From assembly GCA_964246615.1 (NCBI GenBank), contig CAXTRP010000001.1, forward strand, positions 1-32,542: DNA of 32,542 nucleotides, given 5' to 3'. Positions 24,170 through 32,542 of the stretch are shown one piece after another (the first letter of the stretch is position 1; each line of letters begins with the position of its first letter). Both the position numbers and the translations under genes were made by a program. Below the pieces are notes generated by a model. The model did not search any database. It was not told the DNA's origin and saw only the letters and a list, made by a program, of their open reading frames with translations. Source of the DNA: an uncultured Caulobacteraceae bacterium (GTDB lineage: Bacteria > Pseudomonadota > Alphaproteobacteria > Caulobacterales > Caulobacteraceae).

Positions 24170-27100
24170 TTAATGCACCGGCCTGCGCTGCTGCGCTTCC
24201 TCGCTCGCCAGCCGCTCGGCCATCATCGAGCACCCATGGGACCGGTAGGGACACGCGGAGCAGCCGCAGCAGAAGTCCGTAGCGCCCTTGGACGGGGGCG
24301 GGGCGGCGGCCTGGCCCTCTAGCGCCTCCGCCAGGAAGTGCTGGCTGAATGGATACACACGAAGGTTCTTGCCCCAGAGCCGCTTACGGTAGCCCTGCTC
24401 GCCGGGGGCCAGGATGTCCCGCAGGCGCAGCATGCGCCCCACCCATTCCGGCTGCTGGAACTCCGGGATGTCCGTCGTGCTGGACTGGCCGTAGTGGGCG
24501 TCCACCAGGCGCTTCATCTCGAGGATGACGTGGGTCGGGCTGATCTCGGCGTATCCCTCCCTGGCCAGGGTCATCGCGGCCTCCTGCAGCACCTCGCCTG
24601 GGTCGTCGGGGTTGAAGGCGGCCCCGCCGGTCCTGGACAACGCAGCTTCCAGGAAGGCGCCATGGCTCGGTTTCGAGGAGACGCGAGCAAGCACCCGCAG
24701 CGGCGCGGCGATCTCCTCGGATCGCTCGGACGCTGAGGGGCATACGTCCGCGTAGGTCGCCGCTATGTCGGCCACGTGGTCGAACGTCCAAGCGTGCAGT
24801 TCGTCCCTGAGGGCCTGCAGCCGCTCTGCCGGTGTCGGGGCAAGGGCGCGCCGCGCGTCCGCCTGGCTGGGCGGCATCTTCCGCGTCTGCACCCGGATCA
24901 TGCGCGTGCCGAGGATGCTGTCGACGCCCGTGGTGTTGTTGATGACCTTGATGCCGAATCCGTTCAGGCGCTCGACCTTGAAGTTCTTGCTGGCATCGAC
25001 CCAGATCTTGGTCGCGGTATCACGATTGTAGCAGACCTTGAGCCACTGGACGAACTCGCCGAAGCCATTCCCGTCCTTGCCCGCCTTCGCGCCGATCGAC
25101 TCCAGGTCGTCGAGCACTGCCAGCCCCCGGGTCTCGTGGATGAGCCGGGCCGCGGCCGGCGCGCTCACCTGGCCCACGATGGTGCCGTTCGCGGAGAGCT
25201 GGGACATGACGATGCCCGCCGTGGACTTTCCCGACCCCGCCTCGCCGGAGAGCAGCAGCAACGGCAGGGCCTGGAACACCGCCTGGCAGTAGCTCGCCGC
25301 CGCCGTCAGCGCGAGGACCGCGTAGTCCTCCTCGTAGGGCAGCCAGATGGCCGCGCGGAACGCCTGCAGCACGTCTTCCACCATGTCGCCGAACGGGCGG
25401 TGCGGAATCCCGTCCCCGCGCTTCTTGCCGGCCAGCCAGCCCTCGATCGACGGCCATGACCAACTGGGGTGGGCCGGGGCCTTGGGCAGGCCATCGATCA
25501 GCGTGCCGTCGGAGAGGCGGAGGACCCGCTTGTCCGACGGGGTCCCCTTCGGCGACGGCATCTCGACGGCGTGCAGCTGCTGCCCGTCGGACCTGACCAC
25601 GACCGTCTCGACGTGCTCGACCCTGGTGGCCTTCCCATCCTTGTCGATCTCGATCCCGACCACGAGCGTGTCCACCGGGTAGTATAGGTTGCCCTTGTGG
25701 AAGGCCCGGCCGATGTCGAGCGGGCGGTAGGCCTTGCGGCCCAGGCCGTCGTCGTCCCCGGGCTTGATGTCGTCCTCGATCTCGGTCGCCTCGGCGAGAG
25801 CGGCGACCAGGTCGGCGGCGGTGGCGCCGCCGGCGAACGCGTCGCGCCATGTCGTCGCCGGCGGCCGCAGGCGACGCACCGGCTTGCCCGCGGAACGGTG
25901 GACGAGCCGGGCGATGCGGTCGCCCCGCGCGTCGGCCGCGGTCGCCACGTAGATAGCGTCCCAGGAATCCCAGAACGCCGGTGACGACCACTCCTTCGGC
26001 ACCGCCTCGATGCCCGTGGAGGCGATCACCTGGGCGGCCAGTCCGTCCCCGGCGCCCCGAACCTCCTGCCACGTGCGCCATAGGTCCGGCATGTCGCACA
26101 CGATGACGGCGGGGAGCGGCCCGGCCGAAGCGTGGAAGGTGGACTCCTCCTTTCCCGACGACCAGCAGGCGGCCTTGGGGTTCCGGGTCACGCCGGGAAC
26201 GTTTGCCTTGCAGAAGATCGCGAGCTGGGTGCCGTCGTGCGAGCGGAGCGGGAAGGTGAGCGCATCGGAATAGACCAGCCCGGTCTTCGAGCTCTCGTAC
26301 GGCTTGTCCAATCCGAAGCCGAAGTGGTCCAACGTCTGCTGCACCAGCCCGCCCGTGACGGTGAGCCATTCCATGGCCGCGGCGTTTTCCCGGAGACGCT
26401 TGCGCCGGCTGGCCTGGGCCTCGAGGTTGGCGGCCCTCCTGCGCTCCTCCTTGGCGGCTTCCAGCTTGGCTAAGTCGCGGGGGTTCGATATCCCGAAGTC
26501 CAGGCCCGACTTGATGGTCGCGTTCGCTTCCTGAAGCGGCAGGCCGCAGCCGACGGCGGCCTGGGCGAGACGATGAGCAGCCGTCGACCGATCGATGGCT
26601 CCGGCGCCGACCAGTCCGCCAATCCTCGACGCCGCCTTGTTCAGCGTGTCGTTCCGCGTCCCCTCAATGGCGCTGAGGACGGTCAGGACCTCACCGTTCA
26701 GCGCCGCGGCGGCGTACGCGGAGGCGTCAACCGCGGGATCCCACCGAGTAGGTGCCCGTGATGGTGCCGGCGGTGCGGCCGCCGAGTCCATGGCCTCATA
26801 CAACCAGGCCGGGGCGGGCGCAGCCGTGATCTCCGTGGGTGCCCGACCCGAGGCCCATTCATAGGCCCGGCCCGACGCGTGCCGTGACGGCGGCGCCACG
26901 GCGCCACCGCCTTCGGACCGCACGTCCAGTCCTACGGCGAGCTTCGCGACGCTGTTCCGCACAATGCGGCCTTCCGGGTAGCGGAAGTACAGGTGCCGGC
27001 CGCCCCCGCCGGTCCTGCATTCCACGGTGTCGTGCAGCCCGCCGCGGCGCGCGACCAGCGCGGCGAGGGAGGCTTCCCCCTCGGCACCGTCGACGTCGAG

Positions 27101-27370
27101 CACCCAAACGTCGCTCCCAGGGCCCGTCGCGATGCCCACGTTGCCGGGTTGGCGGAAGGCGGCTTCGATGACATCCGGGGAGGTGGTGCCGCTCTTGAAT
27201 CCATGCTCGGCGCGGGGGTGCTTCCCAGGCTTCGAGCAGTCCGCCCTGCCGCACGTGCAGCCGCCGGCGGCTGCGATCCCATGGATGGGAACCACCCGCC
27301 AGCCCAACTCGCCATAGGCGAGTGCAGCGGCGGCAACGGAGACCCCGCGCAGCCTCTCCTTACCACCCAT
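24170..27370 (-). CDS. Bifunctional DNA primase/polymerase (AEP Prim-Pol) fused to a P-loop helicase, about 1066 aa
   Basis: NVGIATG...VLDVDG, TGGGGRHLYF, LDVRSEGG..VAPPS, PriCT-like GTRNDTLNKAA, Walker A GEAGSGKST, Walker B VLDDLE and a C-terminal Cys cluster. The ATG is 1 nt after the upstream TGA. Confidence 0.88.
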   Translation of the reverse strand: MGGKERLRGVSVAAAALAYGELGWRVVPIHGIAAAGGCTCGRADCSKPGKHPRAEHGFKSGTTSPDVIEAAFRQPGNVGIATGPGSDVWVLDVDGAEGEASLAALVARRGGLHDTVECRTGGGGRHLYFRYPEGRIVRNSVAKLAVGLDVRSEGGGAVAPPSRHASGRAYEWASGRAPTEITAAPAPAWLYEAMDSAAAPPAPSRAPTRWDPAVDASAYAAAALNGEVLTVLSAIEGTRNDTLNKAASRIGGLVGAGAIDRSTAAHRLAQAAVGCGLPLQEANATIKSGLDFGISNPRDLAKLEAAKEERRRAANLEAQASRRKRLRENAAAMEWLTVTGGLVQQTLDHFGFGLDKPYESSKTGLVYSDALTFPLRSHDGTQLAIFCKANVPGVTRNPKAACWSSGKEESTFHASAGPLPAVIVCDMPDLWRTWQEVRGAGDGLAAQVIASTGIEAVPKEWSSPAFWDSWDAIYVATAADARGDRIARLVHRSAGKPVRRLRPPATTWRDAFAGGATAADLVAALAEATEIEDDIKPGDDDGLGRKAYRPLDIGRAFHKGNLYYPVDTLVVGIEIDKDGKATRVEHVETVVVRSDGQQLHAVEMPSPKGTPSDKRVLRLSDGTLIDGLPKAPAHPSWSWPSIEGWLAGKKRGDGIPHRPFGDMVEDVLQAFRAAIWLPYEEDYAVLALTAAASYCQAVFQALPLLLLSGEAGSGKSTAGIVMSQLSANGTIVGQVSAPAAARLIHETRGLAVLDDLESIGAKAGKDGNGFGEFVQWLKVCYNRDTATKIWVDASKNFKVERLNGFGIKVINNTTGVDSILGTRMIRVQTRKMPPSQADARRALAPTPAERLQALRDELHAWTFDHVADIAATYADVCPSASERSEEIAAPLRVLARVSSKPSHGAFLEAALSRTGGAAFNPDDPGEVLQEAAMTLAREGYAEISPTHVILEMKRLVDAHYGQSSTTDIPEFQQPEWVGRMLRLRDILAPGEQGYRKRLWGKNLRVYPFSQHFLAEALEGQAAAPPPSKGATDFCCGCSACPYRSHGCSMMAERLASEEAQQRRPVH

Positions 27371-27371
27371 C

Positions 27372-29459
27372 TCAGGCCGCCATGGACAGATGCAGCGGGG
27401 CCATCTTCGTGGCCAGCCAATCCGTGTAGAGGTCCAGACCATCGTTCGGCTTGTGGTGACCGTAGTTGTCCAGAACCGTCTGGAGAGTGTCATGGAGTAT
27501 ATGGGCGACGGTCAGATAGTCCTTCGGATGCGCCCTGAGCCATGCGGTTGCGATGATGTGCCTGAACGCGTGCGTCCGGAATCCCAGGCTGTCGATGTCG
27601 TCTTGGACATACCGGCCGGTGAGGCTCGCGACCACCTGGCTCAACGCGCCCGTGGTGAAGAGCATCCCCGCCCTGGTCAGGAACACCTTGTCCGTCGGGA
27701 CACCCGCCCTCATCAGGATCGGCCGGGCCCTCGTTAGATAGAGATCGACGAGAGGATGGAGTGCTTCCGGAACTGCGACGTCATAGGTCTCCTTGGCAGC
27801 ACCCTTCTCGTTCTTGAAGTCGGCGGGCTGGAAAAGGAGCCTCCAGCCGCGGTCCACGCCCCGATATAGGTTGCCTGGGTCCTGTTGCGTCGGATTGTCC
27901 AGGTACCGCATCTCGCGGAAATTGCGGTTGCGGAGGGGATTGGAGGCCAGCATGCGTAGCAGGAGCTGGTCTCTGACCCAGATTGCGAGCACCACGGATC
28001 CACTCCAACCGGCCGTCAGCTTGCCGACCGGGCGATCAGCCGCGTGATTGTCGATTATGGTGCTGACGACGGCCATGATGTCCTTCTGATCGAGGATCGG
28101 CTTCAGCCTGTTCCGTGCCGCGTGGCTATTCCCGACGCTGGTGAACGGGAACAGCTCAGCAAGCTCCCTCGTCCAGATCGCGCACTTGGCGACCCACGCC
28201 TCGGCGGCGGCGGCGTAGGCCTGCTTGGCTCCCGGCGCGGACATGTCGACGGGCCGTATGTCGACCCTAGGATGGTCCCACGCGCACTCGACCTGCTGCG
28301 AGAGGAATCCCCGCTCAGGCACCATGAGCGCGATCGCATCCCGGATGCACTGCGCGGTGACGGACCCGTTCCTGTTCTTGTGCCATTCGATGAACTCCCC
28401 GATCAGGTCGGGATCGACGAGGTGTGCAGGGGTGAGCTCCGCCGCGGGTATCGCTTTGCCCATGAAGAACGGCGCCAGTGCGGACACGGCGGCCGGAGGG
28501 AGGATCCTCTTCTTCCACCTGCAATTTGCGGCGACATGTGCTTCTGCGCCGTCGAGCGTGTCGGGGAGGAGCAGCCAGCCCACGTATGAACGGAAGCGAC
28601 CTTCCATCATCATCTTGGAAGGCACGGGTTGGTCTGATCCGGGAAGGACCCGCCAGACCTCCAACGGCCGCTTGATGGAAGCCCCGGCCGCATCCCGAAG
28701 GATCCTGGGGGTCGTCTTCGAGGTGGCGAAGCGTTCGAAGAATTCGCCGATCCGGCCCGGTAGACTCTCGGGCCGGAACCTTATGACGCTCAGGCGGGGA
28801 ACAACGGGCTGCCTGGCCTTCTGCACCCCCTTGATTTCCTTGCGCGTCCTCCCCTTCCGCCGCCTTGGTACCAGCTTCGAGGTCAGAGAACCTGTTGCTA
28901 TTCCCAGGATGCTCTCGAGCCGGGTCGCCGCCGCGACATTACGAGGGTCGTCACTGGTCTGGGCATCCCCGGGCGTCGTCCACCGGTAGAGGCGCCTCAA
29001 GGTCGTGCCGGCCAGCTCGACTATCCCTGTTCTGTTGATGTCAGGATTGTTCTTGAGGAAGGCGTCTAGCGCCTCGCGGAGGACTTCGGCGAAGAGACCG
29101 GGAGCGGGTGCGTGCTCTTGCACCAAGGACCTTGCGATCAGGTTCCAGGCCCGCAACCGGTTTCTGTAGGCGGGCACGGTCTCGGCCGACAGGGTCGTCT
29201 TCTCCTCGTAAGCCTCGAGGATAGACTCGAACCTGGCGTCCTGAACGCCCAACAGCGCCACGAACGTGTCCTTGGTCTGGAGCCTATGGGTGCGCATGAG
29301 GTTGCGCAGCGCCGCTTCGTTGCTGGCGACGGCCGTCGCGGCGGCCCCGTCGCGCGCACCGCGCTTCCTGCCCTCGACGATCAGGGCCATGAAGGTCAGC
29401 CGGTTACCTTGACCTCCCGAAGACCCAGGTTCGCTACTCTCCGTTGCATTGTCTTCCAT
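27372..29459 (-). CDS. Large tyrosine recombinase-family protein (about 695 aa)
   Basis: The catalytic set is visible: PLRNRNF (R), FKNEK (K), HAFRH (HxxR), HILHD (H) and NYGH (Y). A long N-terminal extension includes an HTH-like segment. Confidence 0.8.
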   Translation of the reverse strand: MEDNATESSEPGSSGGQGNRLTFMALIVEGRKRGARDGAAATAVASNEAALRNLMRTHRLQTKDTFVALLGVQDARFESILEAYEEKTTLSAETVPAYRNRLRAWNLIARSLVQEHAPAPGLFAEVLREALDAFLKNNPDINRTGIVELAGTTLRRLYRWTTPGDAQTSDDPRNVAAATRLESILGIATGSLTSKLVPRRRKGRTRKEIKGVQKARQPVVPRLSVIRFRPESLPGRIGEFFERFATSKTTPRILRDAAGASIKRPLEVWRVLPGSDQPVPSKMMMEGRFRSYVGWLLLPDTLDGAEAHVAANCRWKKRILPPAAVSALAPFFMGKAIPAAELTPAHLVDPDLIGEFIEWHKNRNGSVTAQCIRDAIALMVPERGFLSQQVECAWDHPRVDIRPVDMSAPGAKQAYAAAAEAWVAKCAIWTRELAELFPFTSVGNSHAARNRLKPILDQKDIMAVVSTIIDNHAADRPVGKLTAGWSGSVVLAIWVRDQLLLRMLASNPLRNRNFREMRYLDNPTQQDPGNLYRGVDRGWRLLFQPADFKNEKGAAKETYDVAVPEALHPLVDLYLTRARPILMRAGVPTDKVFLTRAGMLFTTGALSQVVASLTGRYVQDDIDSLGFRTHAFRHIIATAWLRAHPKDYLTVAHILHDTLQTVLDNYGHHKPNDGLDLYTDWLATKMAPLHLSMAA

Positions 29460-29578
29460 CTCGAATCCTCGCACGAGGAGTATCGGCACCAACCCAGCGG
29501 TTGCGCCGATCTCTCGGATTGCCTAGGTTCGAGCGAGATCTCCGGGTCCAATCGGAATCCTCCCTCGCCTAGGGATGC

Positions 29579-29610
29579 GGCGGGCGCCGGCTGCCAGGCC
29601 GGCGCCCGTC
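29579..29610. other. 13-bp GC-rich hairpin between the AlpA-like and recombinase genes
   Basis: GGCGGGCGCCGGC-TGCCAG-GCCGGCGCCCGTC; there is no clear U-tract, so it may be an attenuator or stabiliser. Confidence 0.45.
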
Positions 29611-29737
29611 GTTGCTTGTGTCCGCCCTAAGGGGCATTGACGCGTTCACATGCTGGTCTGCCTTCGCGGCTCATGGCCGCCGTGAGGGTGGGGCCACATC
29701 GATGGATCGAACGCGACGCGGTCTTGCGGCATCGCCA

Positions 29738-29989
29738 TCACGTTGACGCTCCATCGCGGGGAGCGGCCAGCGGCGTTCGTCCCCGGTCGTCGATCCACGC
29801 CGCCAGCTCGCTTGAACGCCAGTAGTTGCGCTTGTTGATGGTGAGCGGCTGGGGGAAGCGGAGGGCGCAGTCGTTGCGCCAGCGCCAGAGCGCCATCGCG
29901 GAGATCCGGCCCAGCCGAGCCCGGACCTGACCGCTGTTGAGCAGCAATCCTCCGTCTTCGGGACCATCGGACGCGACCTCCAAGACCAT
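29738..29989 (-). CDS. AlpA/excisionase-like HTH protein
   Basis: VRARLGRISAMALWRWRND..LRFPQPLTINKRNYWRSSELAAWI; located near the integrase. Confidence 0.85.
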   Translation of the reverse strand: MVLEVASDGPEDGGLLLNSGQVRARLGRISAMALWRWRNDCALRFPQPLTINKRNYWRSSELAAWIDDRGRTPLAAPRDGAST

Positions 29990-30380
29990 GCGTATCCCCC
30001 TGCGCTCGACGACACCGTGATGCCACGTTCAGTCTCGTTCGATCTGGATACCCCTGTCCGTTTGCACCGGGGAGTTCGAAGGGTGGCGTCTATGTTCTGC
30101 CGGGCAAAACCTCGCTGCGACGTTTTGCCTTCCGGTTGCACCCGAGCTCATTGCAGCAGAAATGCCCCATCGACGTCACACGCTTGCGCCTTGGCTGGTG
30201 CGGACCTCGGTTGACGCCGGATGGCGGATCGCTGCGTCGGGCTAGTCCCCGCGGCAGGCCGGAGACCGCGCCAGCCCAGTGTGGCAGTGCGAGGGTGTTC
30301 CGTTCACCGTTGGCCGCGTCCCAATGGGCTCGGGCCTGCGCACCGCATGTTCCAGGGCGCACGCAAGCGATCGCGCCCCT

Positions 30381-30980
30381 TCAGTCGCGCCGGAGCGCCT
30401 TGCCCCGCTTGACCCGCTTGCGGACCACGCCGTCCTCTCGGACGGTCCCCGCGTCGATCTTGAGATCCTCCAGCTTCTGAGGGCGATCGCCGATCGGCGT
30501 CCGGACGCTTCGCAAGAAATCCAGGCGCCCGGCCAGCTCGATGTCGGCCTTGTCGGCGCCGAAGTCCCTGAATGCGTTCTTGCCGCGCCGGGTCAGACCC
30601 AATGCCTGGGGAACGCGTTGCGCGGCCCCGCGCGGGGTCAGGACCCGCTTCTCCCTCGTCTCCACGGCGACGGGTTCGCCACGCCGCCGGACGCCCCGGG
30701 CAATGGCGAGGACGTTGCCGAGAGCCGGATGCAGCCAGTCGAGGCACCATTCCGGGATCGCACAGGCGGAATCGACGCCTCGGGCGGTCGCCAAGCGCGG
30801 GTCGCTGACGATGTGGAGGGCCCAGATGGCGTAGAGCGGGTTGCCGGTCTCGCCGTATAGTCTCCGCGCATACTCAAGGTTGGAGTGGAGTGCAGGGGCA
30901 AGCCCCACTGCCTGCGGATTGGTCGTGCGGCCGCTATCGACCGGTGCGCCCCGGCCGTCCGGTGTGTTCGTCTCTCCCAC
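30381..30980 (-). CDS. Hypothetical protein coupled to the integrase, about 199 aa
   Basis: GTG start 1 nt after the integrase TGA with a GGAG RBS; contains a GNPLYAIWAL...IPEWCLDWL segment and a basic C-terminus. Confidence 0.65.
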   Translation of the reverse strand: MGETNTPDGRGAPVDSGRTTNPQAVGLAPALHSNLEYARRLYGETGNPLYAIWALHIVSDPRLATARGVDSACAIPEWCLDWLHPALGNVLAIARGVRRRGEPVAVETREKRVLTPRGAAQRVPQALGLTRRGKNAFRDFGADKADIELAGRLDFLRSVRTPIGDRPQKLEDLKIDAGTVREDGVVRKRVKRGKALRRD

Positions 30981-30981
30981 G

Positions 30982-32316
30982 TCAAGCTCCCCCGGCCGCG
31001 ACGGGGCTCCCGCCACCGGGCCGCGCGGCCGCCACCAGTTTGTCGACGAACGCGGACCACAACTCGAGCGCGCCCCGCTTCTCCGCGAAGTATTCCCACA
31101 GGTCATAGACCGTGTCCGTCACCGTGCGGGGGGCGTGGTCCAGGATCTTGGAGATGACGTGCTTCTGGACTCCGAGGCGCCCGAGGTTGGTCGCACACGA
31201 CCTGCGCAGGTCGTGGATCGTCCACGCCGGCATCGGCCCGCTCCCCCTCGCCTCGCGTGCGGTGGCGATGAGCGCGTCCACGTCGCGCTTGGCTTTCGAG
31301 TACCCGCTGATCGAGGTGGAACCGTTCGTCGTGAAGACGAATTCAGCGAGGCCGCCGCCGGGCGCGGAGCAGCGCGGCACTGCCTGGATCATGGTCGCGA
31401 CCTTCACGGGAATCGGCACCGCGCTCCGCCGCTTCATCTTCGTCAGGTTCATCCAGACCGACGCATCCATGTCGAGGTCCGCCCAGCGCATCTGCGCTAC
31501 CTCGGTCCGGCGCTGGCCGAGCAGCAACGCGACCTGCATGAATGTCCCGAACGGGTAGCCGAGGGCGTCCATCGCGGCCCAGGCGTCCGCGATCTCGGGA
31601 TCGGACAGGACGCGCGACCTCTTCTTCTCCTCACCCGGCTTCTCGACCATGGCGCACGGGTTGGCCGGCACCAGGTCCTGGCGGACCGCCCAGCCGAAGA
31701 GGGCGCTGAGAGCGGAGAGCACGCGGTTGGCGGCGATCGGACCGCCCCTCGCGGCCGTTCGCCCGCCGGCACGGGCGGGAACCTCGCCGGACGCCACCGC
31801 CATCACGAGCGTCCTGACGTCCGCGCGCGTGATCGATGCGATGGGACGGTCGCGCCAGCGCGGCAGGACGTGGTTGTCGAGGTTGCGCCGCGTCTCCGCC
31901 GCATAGCGCGGCGACGGCTTCTTCCCCTTCCGCACCGGCATGCCGCCCGACATGAACGATTCGACAGCCGCGCCGAAGGTCCGGGCCGCTGCCGCATCCG
32001 CGGCGTGGGCCGCCTGCGAACGGGTGGCCGCCGGATCACTCCCGGACGTGAGGGCGACCTGCAGGTTCCCGGCCTCCCTCCTGGCCGCCTCGAGCGACAC
32101 CTCGGGGTATGTGCCGAGCGTCATCCGCACCTGCCGCCCGGCGTCGCGTTCGCGATAGTAGAACATCCAGGTCTTACGCCCGCGGGGATGGCGCCCGGTC
32201 GGCAGCGCGACGCGCAACCCGAAGCCGGGGAGCGTCGCGTCGTAGTAATCGGTCCGCCGGCCATCCCGCGCCTGGAGGCGCTGCACGGCCGCGTCCGTCA
32301 ACCTCAGCCTCGGCAC
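30982..32316 (-). CDS. Tyrosine integrase, P4-like, with an arm-DNA-binding N-domain
   Basis: YYDATLPGFGLRV...KTWMFYY...MTLGTYPEVSLEAAR; catalytic GQRRTE, HDLRR, LDH and VY. Confidence 0.96.
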   Translation of the reverse strand: MPRLRLTDAAVQRLQARDGRRTDYYDATLPGFGLRVALPTGRHPRGRKTWMFYYRERDAGRQVRMTLGTYPEVSLEAARREAGNLQVALTSGSDPAATRSQAAHAADAAAARTFGAAVESFMSGGMPVRKGKKPSPRYAAETRRNLDNHVLPRWRDRPIASITRADVRTLVMAVASGEVPARAGGRTAARGGPIAANRVLSALSALFGWAVRQDLVPANPCAMVEKPGEEKKRSRVLSDPEIADAWAAMDALGYPFGTFMQVALLLGQRRTEVAQMRWADLDMDASVWMNLTKMKRRSAVPIPVKVATMIQAVPRCSAPGGGLAEFVFTTNGSTSISGYSKAKRDVDALIATAREARGSGPMPAWTIHDLRRSCATNLGRLGVQKHVISKILDHAPRTVTDTVYDLWEYFAEKRGALELWSAFVDKLVAAARPGGGSPVAAGGA

Positions 32317-32334
32317 CGCGCTATGTCCGCTCTT

Positions 32335-32354
32335 CTGGGTAGCGCCTGGGTAGC
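32335..32354. repeat. Direct repeat CTGGGTAGC x2; probable integrase arm-type site
   Basis: Copies at 32335-43 and 32346-54, between the integrase start and the att site. Confidence 0.45.
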
Positions 32355-32481
32355 AAATCCATGCTGATATGCCCCGTTATGCAGTGTTACGATCGGCCAC
32401 GACGAATCGCCGCGGCGACCATATTCATAGGAATTTACAGTGACTTGCGCGAGCGGAGAGTTCCGGTATGTTGTGGCCTGT

Positions 32482-32533
32482 CACCAAACTACGAATCTGG
32501 GGGTTGGAAGTTCGAGTCTTTCCGGGCGCGCCA
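32482..32533 (+). mobile_element. att site: displaced 3' fragment of tRNA-Arg(ACG)
   Basis: CACCAAACTACGAATCTGGGGGTTGGAAGTTCGAGTCTTTCCGGGCGCGCCA contains the anticodon loop CTACGAA, the T-arm and an acceptor end with CCA. The 5' half and D-arm are absent. Confidence 0.88.
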
Positions 32534-32542
32534 GTGATACAG

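Larger units (their letters stand above)
1..32533. mobile_element. tRNA-Arg-integrated genomic island (left end outside the window)
   Basis: Integrase, AlpA-like gene and primase backbone lie next to the tRNA fragment; defence cargo is present and no housekeeping genes are seen. Confidence 0.75.

Noticed and set aside
32440-32533. Intact tRNA-Arg gene
   Set aside because: The 5' acceptor strand and D-arm are missing, so it is treated as an att fragment.

Overview
This GC-rich window, probably alphaproteobacterial, appears to lie almost wholly inside one integrative element. Its right boundary is a displaced 3' fragment of tRNA-Arg(ACG) at about 32482-32533. The right-hand backbone is on the minus strand: a P4-like tyrosine integrase, a hypothetical gene, an AlpA-like excisionase, a second large tyrosine recombinase coupled to a Prim-Pol primase/helicase, a candidate origin with GAACC/GGTTC repeats, and a SRAP gene. 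The cargo includes two recognisable anti-phage genes (a kinase-dCTP deaminase of the AvcD/Dcd type and a DUF4011-helicase-Vsr 'Hhe'-type protein) and several detoxification or metabolic enzymes. The most striking locus is at 2042-3549. An XRE regulator sits divergent from an HNH nuclease gene, which overlaps a stand-alone 198-aa Cas7/RAMP-like gene. That gene is followed not by a CRISPR array but by 13 in-phase GGY-NN pentamers capped by a strong hairpin. This looks like a compact, CRISPR-independent RNA-guided module (VIPR-like) with a possible HNH effector. All family calls come from motifs read by eye; no searches were run.
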